A stretch of 29,227 nt of DNA. Origin: Fibrobacteria bacterium. Its GTDB lineage: Bacteria; Fibrobacterota; Fibrobacteria; UBA11236. The translations under genes were made by a program, and so were the position numbers. The notes under the pieces were generated by a model. It was not told the origin of the DNA and did not search any database. It was given only the letters and a program-made list of their open reading frames with translations. The stretch spans positions 1 to 29,227 of the forward strand of contig JBGTHM010000056.1 of the NCBI GenBank assembly GCA_041746255.1. The letters run 5' to 3'. Shown in pieces: positions 18,324-27,103 of the stretch. Each line of letters begins with the position of its first letter. Position 1 is the first letter of the stretch.

Positions 18324-19370
18324 TTACTTCAGGATTCTCAATCCTTTGGCGGGTTGTCCAGCTCCGGTAAAAATGCGTCCGGTCAGGTCTAGGGAGCGCT
18401 GGAAATCCCCACCCTGCGAATGGACTCCATCCAAGGCCAAGAACATCCTGGCCTTTTTGCCGTTGGAGGCGCCAAATCCTTCCTTGTGAATTCCGAGTAT
18501 CGTGGTGGGATTTTCGATAAATTTTAAATAGGCTGCTTTAAAGTCTTCCGGTGTGGCCTCTTTATTGCCTCCCGAGGTAGCACCGGTAAGCCAGTAGTAG
18601 GCCATGCCCGCATCGGAAATATCGAATTTCCCCTTTTGGAAAGTGACGACATTATCCCGTTCCGCCCAGTCACCCTGCTCCCAGATATGACGAATTCTAG
18701 GGTCGGTATGATTTTTGGCCCAGTCCCATCGTGCTTTGGGAGTCTGCAACTTGACATTCTGGTCCCCGATGTCGACCGACGCTATGGAAAAATCCTTGGT
18801 AATGTCGCTGAGATTGTAGAAATCGCCGCTGTTATCATTAGCAGGATGGTGGGTTATAATGGTTACGAATTTTCGTTTGGCCGGCTCGGCGTCTTTTATG
18901 GCGAAGTAGAGGACATCCGGCTCCCCTGCCATAATCATCCATAGAGGGTCGTCCGCCGTTGAAGCATTGACGAGGTCTGTCAAGTGCTTGATTGACGCAT
19001 TTTTTTCCTTACTTTGATTATAGAGCGCCTTGTAGTTCCAAATAGTCAGGTGCTCGAATCCACCCCATAGTTGGACGGTTTTCTCGGCGCCCTCCTGCAT
19101 GACTTTCTGGCGTTCCAATTCCTGAGCGACGGAAATGTTTTGCTGATTATGTACCAGGTCGCAGGAATGGCCGAAGTGGACCAGCCGCTTTTCATGACCC
19201 ATCGCTCGGAACAAGGCAAGCGTGGCTGGGTTGCCCCCGACGTCATCGGGATCGGGGGAGTTGCCGTCCGCAATATAGGCTACCCGGCCTTTGGGGGGCT
19301 CCCCCGCCTCCGTGGATGCGGATGCGATGAGGAAAATTCCGAGAACGATAAGGGTCATGGGTTTGCTCAT
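18324..19370 (-). CDS. Secreted hypothetical protein, nucleoside-hydrolase-like Asp motif, short C-terminal sorting-like tail
   Basis: Signal peptide; ADGNSPDPDD; MAGEPD; C-terminal LDLTGR...GLRILK. Confidence 0.8.
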   Translation of the reverse strand: MSKPMTLIVLGIFLIASASTEAGEPPKGRVAYIADGNSPDPDDVGGNPATLALFRAMGHEKRLVHFGHSCDLVHNQQNISVAQELERQKVMQEGAEKTVQLWGGFEHLTIWNYKALYNQSKEKNASIKHLTDLVNASTADDPLWMIMAGEPDVLYFAIKDAEPAKRKFVTIITHHPANDNSGDFYNLSDITKDFSIASVDIGDQNVKLQTPKARWDWAKNHTDPRIRHIWEQGDWAERDNVVTFQKGKFDISDAGMAYYWLTGATSGGNKEATPEDFKAAYLKFIENPTTILGIHKEGFGASNGKKARMFLALDGVHSQGGDFQRSLDLTGRIFTGAGQPAKGLRILK

Positions 19371-19477
19371 CAATGAATCTCCAGGTTCTTTAAATCACCA
19401 CGTTTGGAGTGATTGCAAAGTCAATTTTATGAATTACTGACTAGGATAGTAAAACAAAAGAGGCTGAATCGTCCCCA

Positions 19478-21442
19478 TTATTCTTTAAGGAAGAACTCTT
19501 TCCCCGATATCGAATACACCTTGAAACCGGGTGTTGACCCGGGACCGGGCGATAGGTAAATCAACCCCTTTCTGAACTCGGGAGAGGATAGGGAGGACCG
19601 CGCCGAAAGTCCGGGCCGGATGGATACCAGATTGGAATTGGCCACGTAAACCGCCCAATCCTGGGAAGCGTTTCCGGGCGCATTGCCGATGGAGACTTTG
19701 CCGCCTCCCGTAACCTGCTTGACCGAACCGGATTGAAGTTCTCCGCCTTTGATGGGATCGAACCAGGAAACATTGAATTTCCCGTTATGGGCGGACAAAT
19801 CGAGCTGGGTAGTGCCGCCATTGGGGAGGTAGATGACATAGGCATCGCCGGGTTTACCCAGGCTCCAATTGCCGGCGCCGGTAATCACGCTGTTATCCGG
19901 GCGCATGTTCCAGAACGGGATTTCGCCTTTCTTCAGAAAGTGCAGAAGGTGGCGCGCATAGTCCCACCATTTGTCCCGGCTTCGGAAATCCTGCAAAGTC
20001 AAATCGCTATGATCGTATTGGTAGCCGAAATAATATTCGCATCCCGCGCCGCCTGCCAGCAGGTTGGCCCAAATCACCTTTTTGCGCGCCGTATTCTGGC
20101 CATCGGCATTTCCCTGGTCCGGAAAAATCCCCTGATTCCCTTTGCCCTGTTCGTCGTTAGCCACCACCCAGGGTTTGTTCGCCGCCGCCGATTTATTCAC
20201 CCATTCTACCGTCCAGGGGTAGAGGTCGTTAAAACTATTATCCCCGCCTTGAAGGGATACCCCGGTCATTTCCGATTTGTCGCCCAACAGGGGGCCGTAA
20301 ATTTTGTTTTGCGCTCCCGGAGTGGTATGCAAGACCCGATTGTGGCCATAGGGATCCACCTTGGCGATATGCCCAATCATGTCGCGTTGTTGCGCGGTGG
20401 TTTGTTCATTTTCCTCTCCCAGGTTCCAGTTCAAAGCCAGATGGTGGCTGAAGCGCGCCACCAATTCCCGGATATATAGTTTGCGCTGCACTCCCAAATT
20501 GCCGTTATCTAAGGCGACATCACCCTTGGTGGCGTGTCCGCCGTCGTTTTCCCGTTCCTGTAGTTTGAAGTGGAGATACATGCCCATATGGTCGCCATGT
20601 TCAAAGACGACTTCCCATTGATCCAATTTGGAGCAATCGTAACGGGTGCGATCCGCTGCCTTGTCGGAAATCATGGGGAATACGTTTTTGTCATCTCCTC
20701 CCACGTTATAGGTCAAAAAAGAAAAGGCGTTCATCTCTTCGGAGGCCAGATAGTTGATGGCTCCGATAAGACCTTTACCCTTGCCGCCTTTCCAGGTGGG
20801 ATTTCCCGCTTGCCAGTCCTTGATGTGCGGCGCATAGGTTTTCAGTCTACCGCCGTTATTGGGGGTATCGTCGAAATCCGCGAAGGCCAGGAGATTTTCG
20901 GGAGAATCCGCTCCCTGTTTCATGAAATATTCACCCGTCTCGGCGAATTGCAGGTGATGCTTGCCCACGTACCTTAATCGACCCTTGGCCCGGTGGTCAC
21001 GTCCGGTTTTGTCCGAGGCGGCAATGGTGAGTTTTCCCGTTTGTCCGTCAATGGCGGCAACGGCGCTGCCGGCATTGGCCCCCGCATCGACGGCGACGCC
21101 CGACCCGGTCCGGAATGACGCCAGATACGTCCATTCGCCCGTCTCATCGGGTGCGAAATGCACCCGCCATTTGTTTCCCGTGGTAGCCCCGGTATTTCCC
21201 GCGTCGCCGTCGGCGGCAAAATAGCCCGGGACGAGGAAGGATTTGGTTCCTTTGGTAAAAGAGACATTGAGCCGGTAATCGAGGAATGGGTTGGGGGCGC
21301 CTTTTTCGTCGGCCTGCGGGCCATCGAAAGTCAGAGTGATTTTATGCCATTTTTTCAATTCTCCGGTTATAACCGGTTCCGCGGCCAGAACTGGAAACAT
21401 CCCCATCGAAAATGCGAGTAAAATCATCAATCTTCTAATCAT
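19478..21442 (-). CDS. Secreted DUF5060 + glycoside-hydrolase-like barrel + putative collagen-binding beta domain
   Basis: AAGGAG RBS at ATG 21442; signal peptide; NPFLDYRL..VPGYFAADG..WRVHFAPDETGEW; WNLGEEN; ANDEQG; VSWFDP; tail YSISGK. Confidence 0.85.
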   Translation of the reverse strand: MIRRLMILLAFSMGMFPVLAAEPVITGELKKWHKITLTFDGPQADEKGAPNPFLDYRLNVSFTKGTKSFLVPGYFAADGDAGNTGATTGNKWRVHFAPDETGEWTYLASFRTGSGVAVDAGANAGSAVAAIDGQTGKLTIAASDKTGRDHRAKGRLRYVGKHHLQFAETGEYFMKQGADSPENLLAFADFDDTPNNGGRLKTYAPHIKDWQAGNPTWKGGKGKGLIGAINYLASEEMNAFSFLTYNVGGDDKNVFPMISDKAADRTRYDCSKLDQWEVVFEHGDHMGMYLHFKLQERENDGGHATKGDVALDNGNLGVQRKLYIRELVARFSHHLALNWNLGEENEQTTAQQRDMIGHIAKVDPYGHNRVLHTTPGAQNKIYGPLLGDKSEMTGVSLQGGDNSFNDLYPWTVEWVNKSAAANKPWVVANDEQGKGNQGIFPDQGNADGQNTARKKVIWANLLAGGAGCEYYFGYQYDHSDLTLQDFRSRDKWWDYARHLLHFLKKGEIPFWNMRPDNSVITGAGNWSLGKPGDAYVIYLPNGGTTQLDLSAHNGKFNVSWFDPIKGGELQSGSVKQVTGGGKVSIGNAPGNASQDWAVYVANSNLVSIRPGLSARSSLSSPEFRKGLIYLSPGPGSTPGFKVYSISGKEFFLKE

Positions 21443-21693
21443 GACAGCTCCTTTGAGTCGAAAAATTCCGAGCAGGGTAAAGATTAACAACTTGCCCATC
21501 AATGATTCTCCGGGGTTCAAGAGGGTGGGAAGTCAATCTCAAGAGAACCTGCGGAAAAAACTAGCGCGGAATTCCTAAAACCGCTGGGGATTCCAGAGCC
21601 ACTTTCGAAGCACTGAGCGCTGTCCTGGAAAGCATCCCTTAAATTTACGGAGAAAGGCTATTAAAAGCCCTTTAAGTCCTCACCTTGTTTCAT

Positions 21694-22566
21694 TTAAAAA
21701 ACATTTTTTCCGTTACGCATTTGCCGCAGGTTCTCCATGGCGTTGATCGCCGAGCCTGCCTGCAAAGGATTGCTGTAGACGACGGCCAACGATTCGACTT
21801 TTTCCATTAACGCCCACTGCATTTTCACGCGCCCCGCAATTTCCGCATCGGAATAGAGATAGGCGCACTGGCCGTTACGGGTTTTCTCCGGGTTGAGTCC
21901 GTGGTAGCGCACATACCCTTTGTCGGTGGTTGCATACGATTTCAAGGGAAACACCGGCGCTACGGAAGCGATTTCCGTATTGCATATGCCCACTCCGCCG
22001 TCTTTCAGTGTTTGCAATACGTATTCCTGATGCCAGCTACGGTGGCGAAACTCGATGTGCACGCTCATGCGCAGGCGCACGGCCTCGGAGGCTACGCGCA
22101 ATAAATATTCCAGGGCCTTGTGGCTTTTGGCCAGGCGTTCATCCAATTGTATTAGGAAGGAATAGAAGCGTCCGGTTTCTACCAACGGAGCCACAGCCTC
22201 GGCATGCCGACGCAGAATGGCTATGCCTCGGTCGGCGTCGAAATGCGTTTGATGGGAAAGGTCTTGATGCATCTTGACGGCATAGAGCATACCGGGCTTG
22301 CTGCGCCTTTCAAGATCAAGGAAGGTTTGTTGCACAGGCTCTTGGTAAAAGGTCTGGTTGATTTCGAGGAAGGAGAAATATTTCTGGTAGTAATGCAGCT
22401 TGTCTCCGTTTGTGCCATTTTTACCACTTTTCTTGGTAGACGGAGGATAGAAACATCCCACCCAATCGTCGTAATGGTATCCGGAGGTTCCGATATGCAC
22501 TTTATGCCGCGGCGTGTTTGCGGGGATTTCCGAGGTTACTGCGGACGTCAGCAATGGTTTCGGCAC
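21694..22566 (-). CDS. DUF72 family protein
   Basis: IGTSGYHYDDW..FYP, EINQTFY, IEFRHRSW, YVRYHG, YLYS. Confidence 0.88.
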   Translation of the reverse strand: MPKPLLTSAVTSEIPANTPRHKVHIGTSGYHYDDWVGCFYPPSTKKSGKNGTNGDKLHYYQKYFSFLEINQTFYQEPVQQTFLDLERRSKPGMLYAVKMHQDLSHQTHFDADRGIAILRRHAEAVAPLVETGRFYSFLIQLDERLAKSHKALEYLLRVASEAVRLRMSVHIEFRHRSWHQEYVLQTLKDGGVGICNTEIASVAPVFPLKSYATTDKGYVRYHGLNPEKTRNGQCAYLYSDAEIAGRVKMQWALMEKVESLAVVYSNPLQAGSAINAMENLRQMRNGKNVF

Positions 22567-22589
22567 GGAGCATTCCTAGGCTGATATAC

Positions 22590-22624
22590 TGCTCAAATGT
22601 ACAGCTATTTTCGGCCGGGTGCAA
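22590..22624 (-). promoter_or_regulatory. Sigma70 promoter of the DUF72 gene with overlapping candidate LexA box
   Basis: Minus strand TTGCAC-N17-TACATT; dyad TGCTC-AAAT-GTACA (22590-22603) covers the -10. Confidence 0.6.
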
Positions 22625-22798
22625 GCGGGGAGTTTGCGGTCCTCAAAGCCTACTTTTTTCCACTCTCACGGCATTAAAAATTACGCACGCGCTCCGAGAT
22701 AAAACCCTGCAAAAATGGGGGAAATCGCATACTTTAAGGTACCGCCGAAGAGTTTATTCTGAATTGAAATGGATTGAAAAATTTATTTGAGGGCCAGT

Positions 22799-23920
22799 AT
22801 GTTAATAACAAAGCGAACAACGGCAATCGGCGGGTTCTTGTTCTTTGTAGCCGCTCAAGCGGCCACATGCGAAACCTTGGGTAGCTCTGCAACGTCGTCC
22901 GAATTGTATACCGAATCGGGTGGACCCAATCCGACCTTCGAATCCTATAAATTTGTCCGCCCAACGGTTAACTGCAATAAATACAAACCCTTCCCGGGCT
23001 CCGTGATAAAAGTAAACCGAGCCCTGGTTGAAACCGGCGAAGACAGTTGGAGGCCCATTTACCAACCCATCAGGCTGCACAACCTGTGCGAGAGCACCAT
23101 CCCCCGCTCCGATTTTCACCAATACCAACGCTGGTATCAAGAAGACGGCAATACGCAGATTTTCCGCCTCTTCAAGGGCGAAGAAAATCGCCGTAATGAC
23201 AGGGAAGGCGCCGCTCGATCCGAAGTTTTTACCACGGAGGGATTTAAGAAGGGAGATGGATGGCAGACCTTCGTTGCCCGCTATACCATCATATCAACCG
23301 ATGGGGGGGCTATTTTCCAGTCGAAAAGCAACGATCACAACTGGGCCGTTCAAATCGACCTGGAAAAAAACGGCGATATCATTTTGGATCACCGCCAAAA
23401 GACAAATGTGGTGCTTGCCAAAAACATGGTGGGGAAAAGCTTTGATTTGAAAGTCATGGATGATGGACACGACTATAAGGTGTATTTCAACGGCAAGTTG
23501 ATTGATTCCGGATTCCTTAGCCGGCCCACGGGAAGCACCAACTTCCGTTGGGGTATCTATCACGGAGAGGTACGGGGCCGTTTCATGGACAAGGACATGA
23601 TGATTTTCATCTCGGGAGCCACCATCAATCCCAAAGGCACTAATCCCAATCCGTCAAGCATCGGAAATCAGGGTGGCATGTCCTCCTTGGTTTCCCAATT
23701 CGTCAGGCTGCATTCCGAAGTTCAGGGATTTCGGGTGGAAACGAAATTTTCCAACGGGATAACCACGGACATTGAGGTTTTCGATCTGAATGGAAATGCA
23801 GTGCTTTCGCAATCCGATGTCGCGAACCATCAATTTGTATCCGTTCCGCAGAAGGGTATTTACCTCGCTCGGATAACTCAGAACCATTCCCACTTTTTTC
23901 AAAAAGTAATGGTTCGCTGA
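22799..23920 (+). CDS. Secreted polysaccharide lyase PL7-like (alginate lyase 2-like) protein with T9SS type A-like C-terminal domain
   Basis: Signal peptide; ARSEVF, IFQSK, FRWGIY resemble the three PL7 motifs; C-terminal EVFDLNG...KGIYLARI...QKVMVR. Confidence 0.7.
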   Translation: MLITKRTTAIGGFLFFVAAQAATCETLGSSATSSELYTESGGPNPTFESYKFVRPTVNCNKYKPFPGSVIKVNRALVETGEDSWRPIYQPIRLHNLCESTIPRSDFHQYQRWYQEDGNTQIFRLFKGEENRRNDREGAARSEVFTTEGFKKGDGWQTFVARYTIISTDGGAIFQSKSNDHNWAVQIDLEKNGDIILDHRQKTNVVLAKNMVGKSFDLKVMDDGHDYKVYFNGKLIDSGFLSRPTGSTNFRWGIYHGEVRGRFMDKDMMIFISGATINPKGTNPNPSSIGNQGGMSSLVSQFVRLHSEVQGFRVETKFSNGITTDIEVFDLNGNAVLSQSDVANHQFVSVPQKGIYLARITQNHSHFFQKVMVR

Positions 23921-23931
23921 GGTTATCGGAC

Positions 23932-23968
23932 AAAAAACCCTCGCCATAACCCCTTATAACGAGGGGTT
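23932..23968 (+). terminator. Weak hairpin after the lyase-like gene
   Basis: AACCCTCG...CGAGGGGTT imperfect stem with a poor U tract. Confidence 0.3.
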
Positions 23969-24079
23969 CCGCCATTTCCCTACCAGGGCCATTCCCTTTT
24001 CGGCAAACATTCCACAAGGATTTTCCTAAATTCAGGCGGGACGGGCTGTACCGCCAAAATCCCGAGAGGACGGACTGGA

Positions 24080-25201
24080 ATGGAAAAAATGCAACGCCGC
24101 GACTTTTTGCTGGCTGCGGGAGCCTTGACGGCTGCGGGCAGCACTGTGCTGCTGGGCTGCCAAGCCGATTCCAACAGCCAAGCGCAAAAAGCGCCCGCCG
24201 GCTTTACCGGAAAAAAAATCCGCTGGAACATGGTGACGACTTGGCAAGCGGGATTTCCCGTCATGGGCGAGGGCGTCGATTTATTCGCCCAATGGATCGA
24301 AGAAATGTCGCAGGGTGAGTTGAGTATCAAAGTTTACGGCGCGGGCGAATTGGTTCCCGCCATGGAAAGCTTCGAAGCGGTGAGCGGCGGTGCGGCGCAA
24401 ATGGGACATGGCGCGGCCTATTACTGGGCGGGAAAAGTACCTGCTGCCCAATTTTTCACCTGCGTGCCCTTCGGAATGAACGCCCAGCAAATGTCCGCCT
24501 GGATCCATCATGGAGGAGCGCTTCCCCTGTGGGAGAATCTCTACGCGGATTTCAATCTGGTTCCCATGCCCATGGGTAACACCGGCGTGCAAATGGGAGG
24601 CTGGTTCAACCGGAAAATAAATTCCCTCTCCGATTTGAAAGGCCTTAAAATGCGCATTCCGGGTTTGGGAGGCCAGGTGCTTTCCCGCGCCGGAGGTACG
24701 GCCATTTTATCGCCGGGCGGCGAGATTTACACCAATCTGGAAAGAGGCGTAATCGACGCGACCGAATGGATAGGCCCCTACCACGACTATTTGATGGGCT
24801 TTCATAAAATCGCGAAGTATTACTATTACCCCGGCTGGCACGAACCGGGTTCGGTATTGGAACTCATCATCAACAAGCGAAGCTGGGAAAACCTCCCAGG
24901 CCACTTACAGGCTATCGTACGGGGAGCAGCAGCGCGAGTCGACCAATGGATGCTTTCCCGTTTCGAAGCCGAAAACCGGGTTTATCTCGCCAAAATCAAA
25001 GAGGAAAAAGGCGTGCAAATCCTGCCCTTCTCTCCGGAAATCCTGCTCGAGCTGAAACGCCATACCGAAGAAGTGCTGGAGGATTTGGCGGCGAAAAATC
25101 CCGCAGCCAAAACCGTGTACGAATCCTTTTCGAAGTTCCGCAATGAGATGACGGATTGGTCCCGGCTTTCCGAGCAGGCATATCATTCGCTTCCGGCCTG
25201 A
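24080..25201 (+). CDS. dctP: TRAP substrate-binding protein (TakP/keto-acid-like group), Tat lipoprotein
   Basis: QRRDFL twin-arginine signal, LLGC lipobox, GNTGVQMGGWF, GLKMRIPGLGG, PGWHEP. Confidence 0.93.
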   Translation: MEKMQRRDFLLAAGALTAAGSTVLLGCQADSNSQAQKAPAGFTGKKIRWNMVTTWQAGFPVMGEGVDLFAQWIEEMSQGELSIKVYGAGELVPAMESFEAVSGGAAQMGHGAAYYWAGKVPAAQFFTCVPFGMNAQQMSAWIHHGGALPLWENLYADFNLVPMPMGNTGVQMGGWFNRKINSLSDLKGLKMRIPGLGGQVLSRAGGTAILSPGGEIYTNLERGVIDATEWIGPYHDYLMGFHKIAKYYYYPGWHEPGSVLELIINKRSWENLPGHLQAIVRGAAARVDQWMLSRFEAENRVYLAKIKEEKGVQILPFSPEILLELKRHTEEVLEDLAAKNPAAKTVYESFSKFRNEMTDWSRLSEQAYHSLPA

Positions 25202-25260
25202 GAGGCCGGGTCCTAGGCTCCCTTACCAGCGGCTATGGCGCACGTTTGGCGGCGGCTATT

Positions 25261-26604
25261 TTAGCGACCCGACAAATAGGCCGGCAATCCCGTGACCAAT
25301 TCGGGAAAGACAATCACCGCCAACAGACAGATTAACTGGATGCCGATAAAAGGAATAGCCCCGCGATACAGGTGCCGGGTTTTAATTTCCGGCGGCGCGA
25401 CCCCTTTCAAATAGAACAGGGCGAAACCGAAAGGCGGCGTGAGAAAGGAAGTCTGCAAGTTAAGCGCCATAAGGATTCCGAACCAAAGCGGGTTCACCTC
25501 CATGCCGATAAGGATGGGAGCGACTACCGGCACCAGGATGAAAATAATTTCGATGAAGTCGATGAAAAAACCCGCGATGAAAATGACCAGCATGACCACG
25601 ACCAGAAATCCCGTCGGCCCCAGCGAAGACGCCGCAACCATGTCCGAAAGGTAGGCGTCGCCTCCCAACCCCCTAAAAACCAGGGTGAAAGCCGTGGCTC
25701 CCACCAGAATGGTGAATACCATGCTGGTCATGAAAGCGGTTTCGCGCGCGACGCCTTTGATGACTTCCAACGAGAGCTTCCGTTTGTATGCCGTCAAAAC
25801 CACAGCGCCCAACGCTCCCACCCCGGCCGCCTCGGTGGGCGAAGCGATGCCCGCGAATATCGACCCCAATACCGACACCACCAATAAGAATGGAGGAAAA
25901 AAAGATCGGATTAACCGGCGCACCACTTCCTTTTCTCCGAAGCCGTTCCCATCACCCCGATGCAAGGCCGGCAAATAATCCGGTTTGAACAAAGCCATCA
26001 GCAGGATATAAAGGAGGTAGAGGAAAACCAGCAACAGCCCCGGAATCACCGCGCCCATGAACATATCGCCTACCGGCACGTTAAGCGTGCTTCCCAGCAA
26101 GATGAGCACGATGGAAGGAGGTATGATCTGGCCCAATGTCCCCGAAGCCGCCACGGTTCCGCAAGCCAACTCGGGGGAGTACCCTCTTTTCAACATGATG
26201 GGAAGCCCCATCAATCCCATAGTTGCTACCGTAGCGCCCACAATCCCCGTCGAGGCGGCCAACAGCGCTCCCACGATGATCACGGAATAGACGAGACCTC
26301 CGCGAAACCGCCCGAACAAAAGCGCCATGGATTCCAGTAACTCCTCGGCTATCCCCGATTTCTCCAACATCACACCCATGAACACGAAAAGTGGCACCGC
26401 AAGTAGCACGTAATTGGTCATGATGCCCCAAATCCGCAAGGGAAGCAGGGCAAAGAATTCGGGTCCGAAAAAAATCCACCCAAAAAGCAGGGAAGCCCCT
26501 CCCAGGGTGAACGCCACCGGGAATCCCGCCAGCAGGAGGATGAAGATCAGCAACAGTAACAGCAGCGCTATCACGGCTTGAACTCGGTTTTCATGCCCGC
26601 TCAC
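25261..26604 (-). CDS. dctM: TRAP transporter large permease
   Basis: GFPVAFTLGG, AVPLFVFMG, GTLGQIIPPSI, SPTEAA, TSFLTPPFG. Start may be GTG 26574. Confidence 0.95.
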   Translation of the reverse strand: MSGHENRVQAVIALLLLLLIFILLLAGFPVAFTLGGASLLFGWIFFGPEFFALLPLRIWGIMTNYVLLAVPLFVFMGVMLEKSGIAEELLESMALLFGRFRGGLVYSVIIVGALLAASTGIVGATVATMGLMGLPIMLKRGYSPELACGTVAASGTLGQIIPPSIVLILLGSTLNVPVGDMFMGAVIPGLLLVFLYLLYILLMALFKPDYLPALHRGDGNGFGEKEVVRRLIRSFFPPFLLVVSVLGSIFAGIASPTEAAGVGALGAVVLTAYKRKLSLEVIKGVARETAFMTSMVFTILVGATAFTLVFRGLGGDAYLSDMVAASSLGPTGFLVVVMLVIFIAGFFIDFIEIIFILVPVVAPILIGMEVNPLWFGILMALNLQTSFLTPPFGFALFYLKGVAPPEIKTRHLYRGAIPFIGIQLICLLAVIVFPELVTGLPAYLSGR

Positions 26605-27103
26605 CTCGGGACGGAATTATTTTAGCGGCCGACTTAGCGGCCATAGCCCATCCCTGCAGGAGCAAAAGGGCATAGGCCAGGGGTATACAGGCTTTAAGCA
26701 AATAGCGATAGGGCAACCCCCCGGGGTCGGGCGAAGTTTCCTGGATGGCGAAGGAATTGGCGACGTAATTCCAGGAACCGATTAGGATGAAAACACAAAA
26801 AGGCGTGAGGAAAAGCAGGACACCCAGCAGGTCAATCCAGGCCCGCCCTTTTTCCGAGAGTCCGTTGTAAAAAATATCGACGCGCACATGTTTATCGTGC
26901 TTCAGGGTATAGGCCGTAGCCAACAGGAAAAGTACGGAAAACAGATGCCATTGCAATTCCTGCGCGGCCACGGTGGACCGGTTTAGGGCATAGCGGGTGA
27001 AGACATCGAAACAAACCACCGCTACCAGCAGCACCGACAAGGCGGAGACGGCTCTACCCGTAGCTTCGCTTATTCCCTCGGCGATGCGGATGAAAAGCTG
27101 CAA
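26591..27103 (-). CDS. dctQ: TRAP transporter small permease
   Basis: Four TM segments, QELQWHLF, HVRVDIFY, SPDPGGLP; TTG 27103 with AAGGA RBS. Confidence 0.92.
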   Translation of the reverse strand: MQLFIRIAEGISEATGRAVSALSVLLVAVVCFDVFTRYALNRSTVAAQELQWHLFSVLFLLATAYTLKHDKHVRVDIFYNGLSEKGRAWIDLLGVLLFLTPFCVFILIGSWNYVANSFAIQETSPDPGGLPYRYLLKACIPLAYALLLLQGWAMAAKSAAKIIPSRGERA

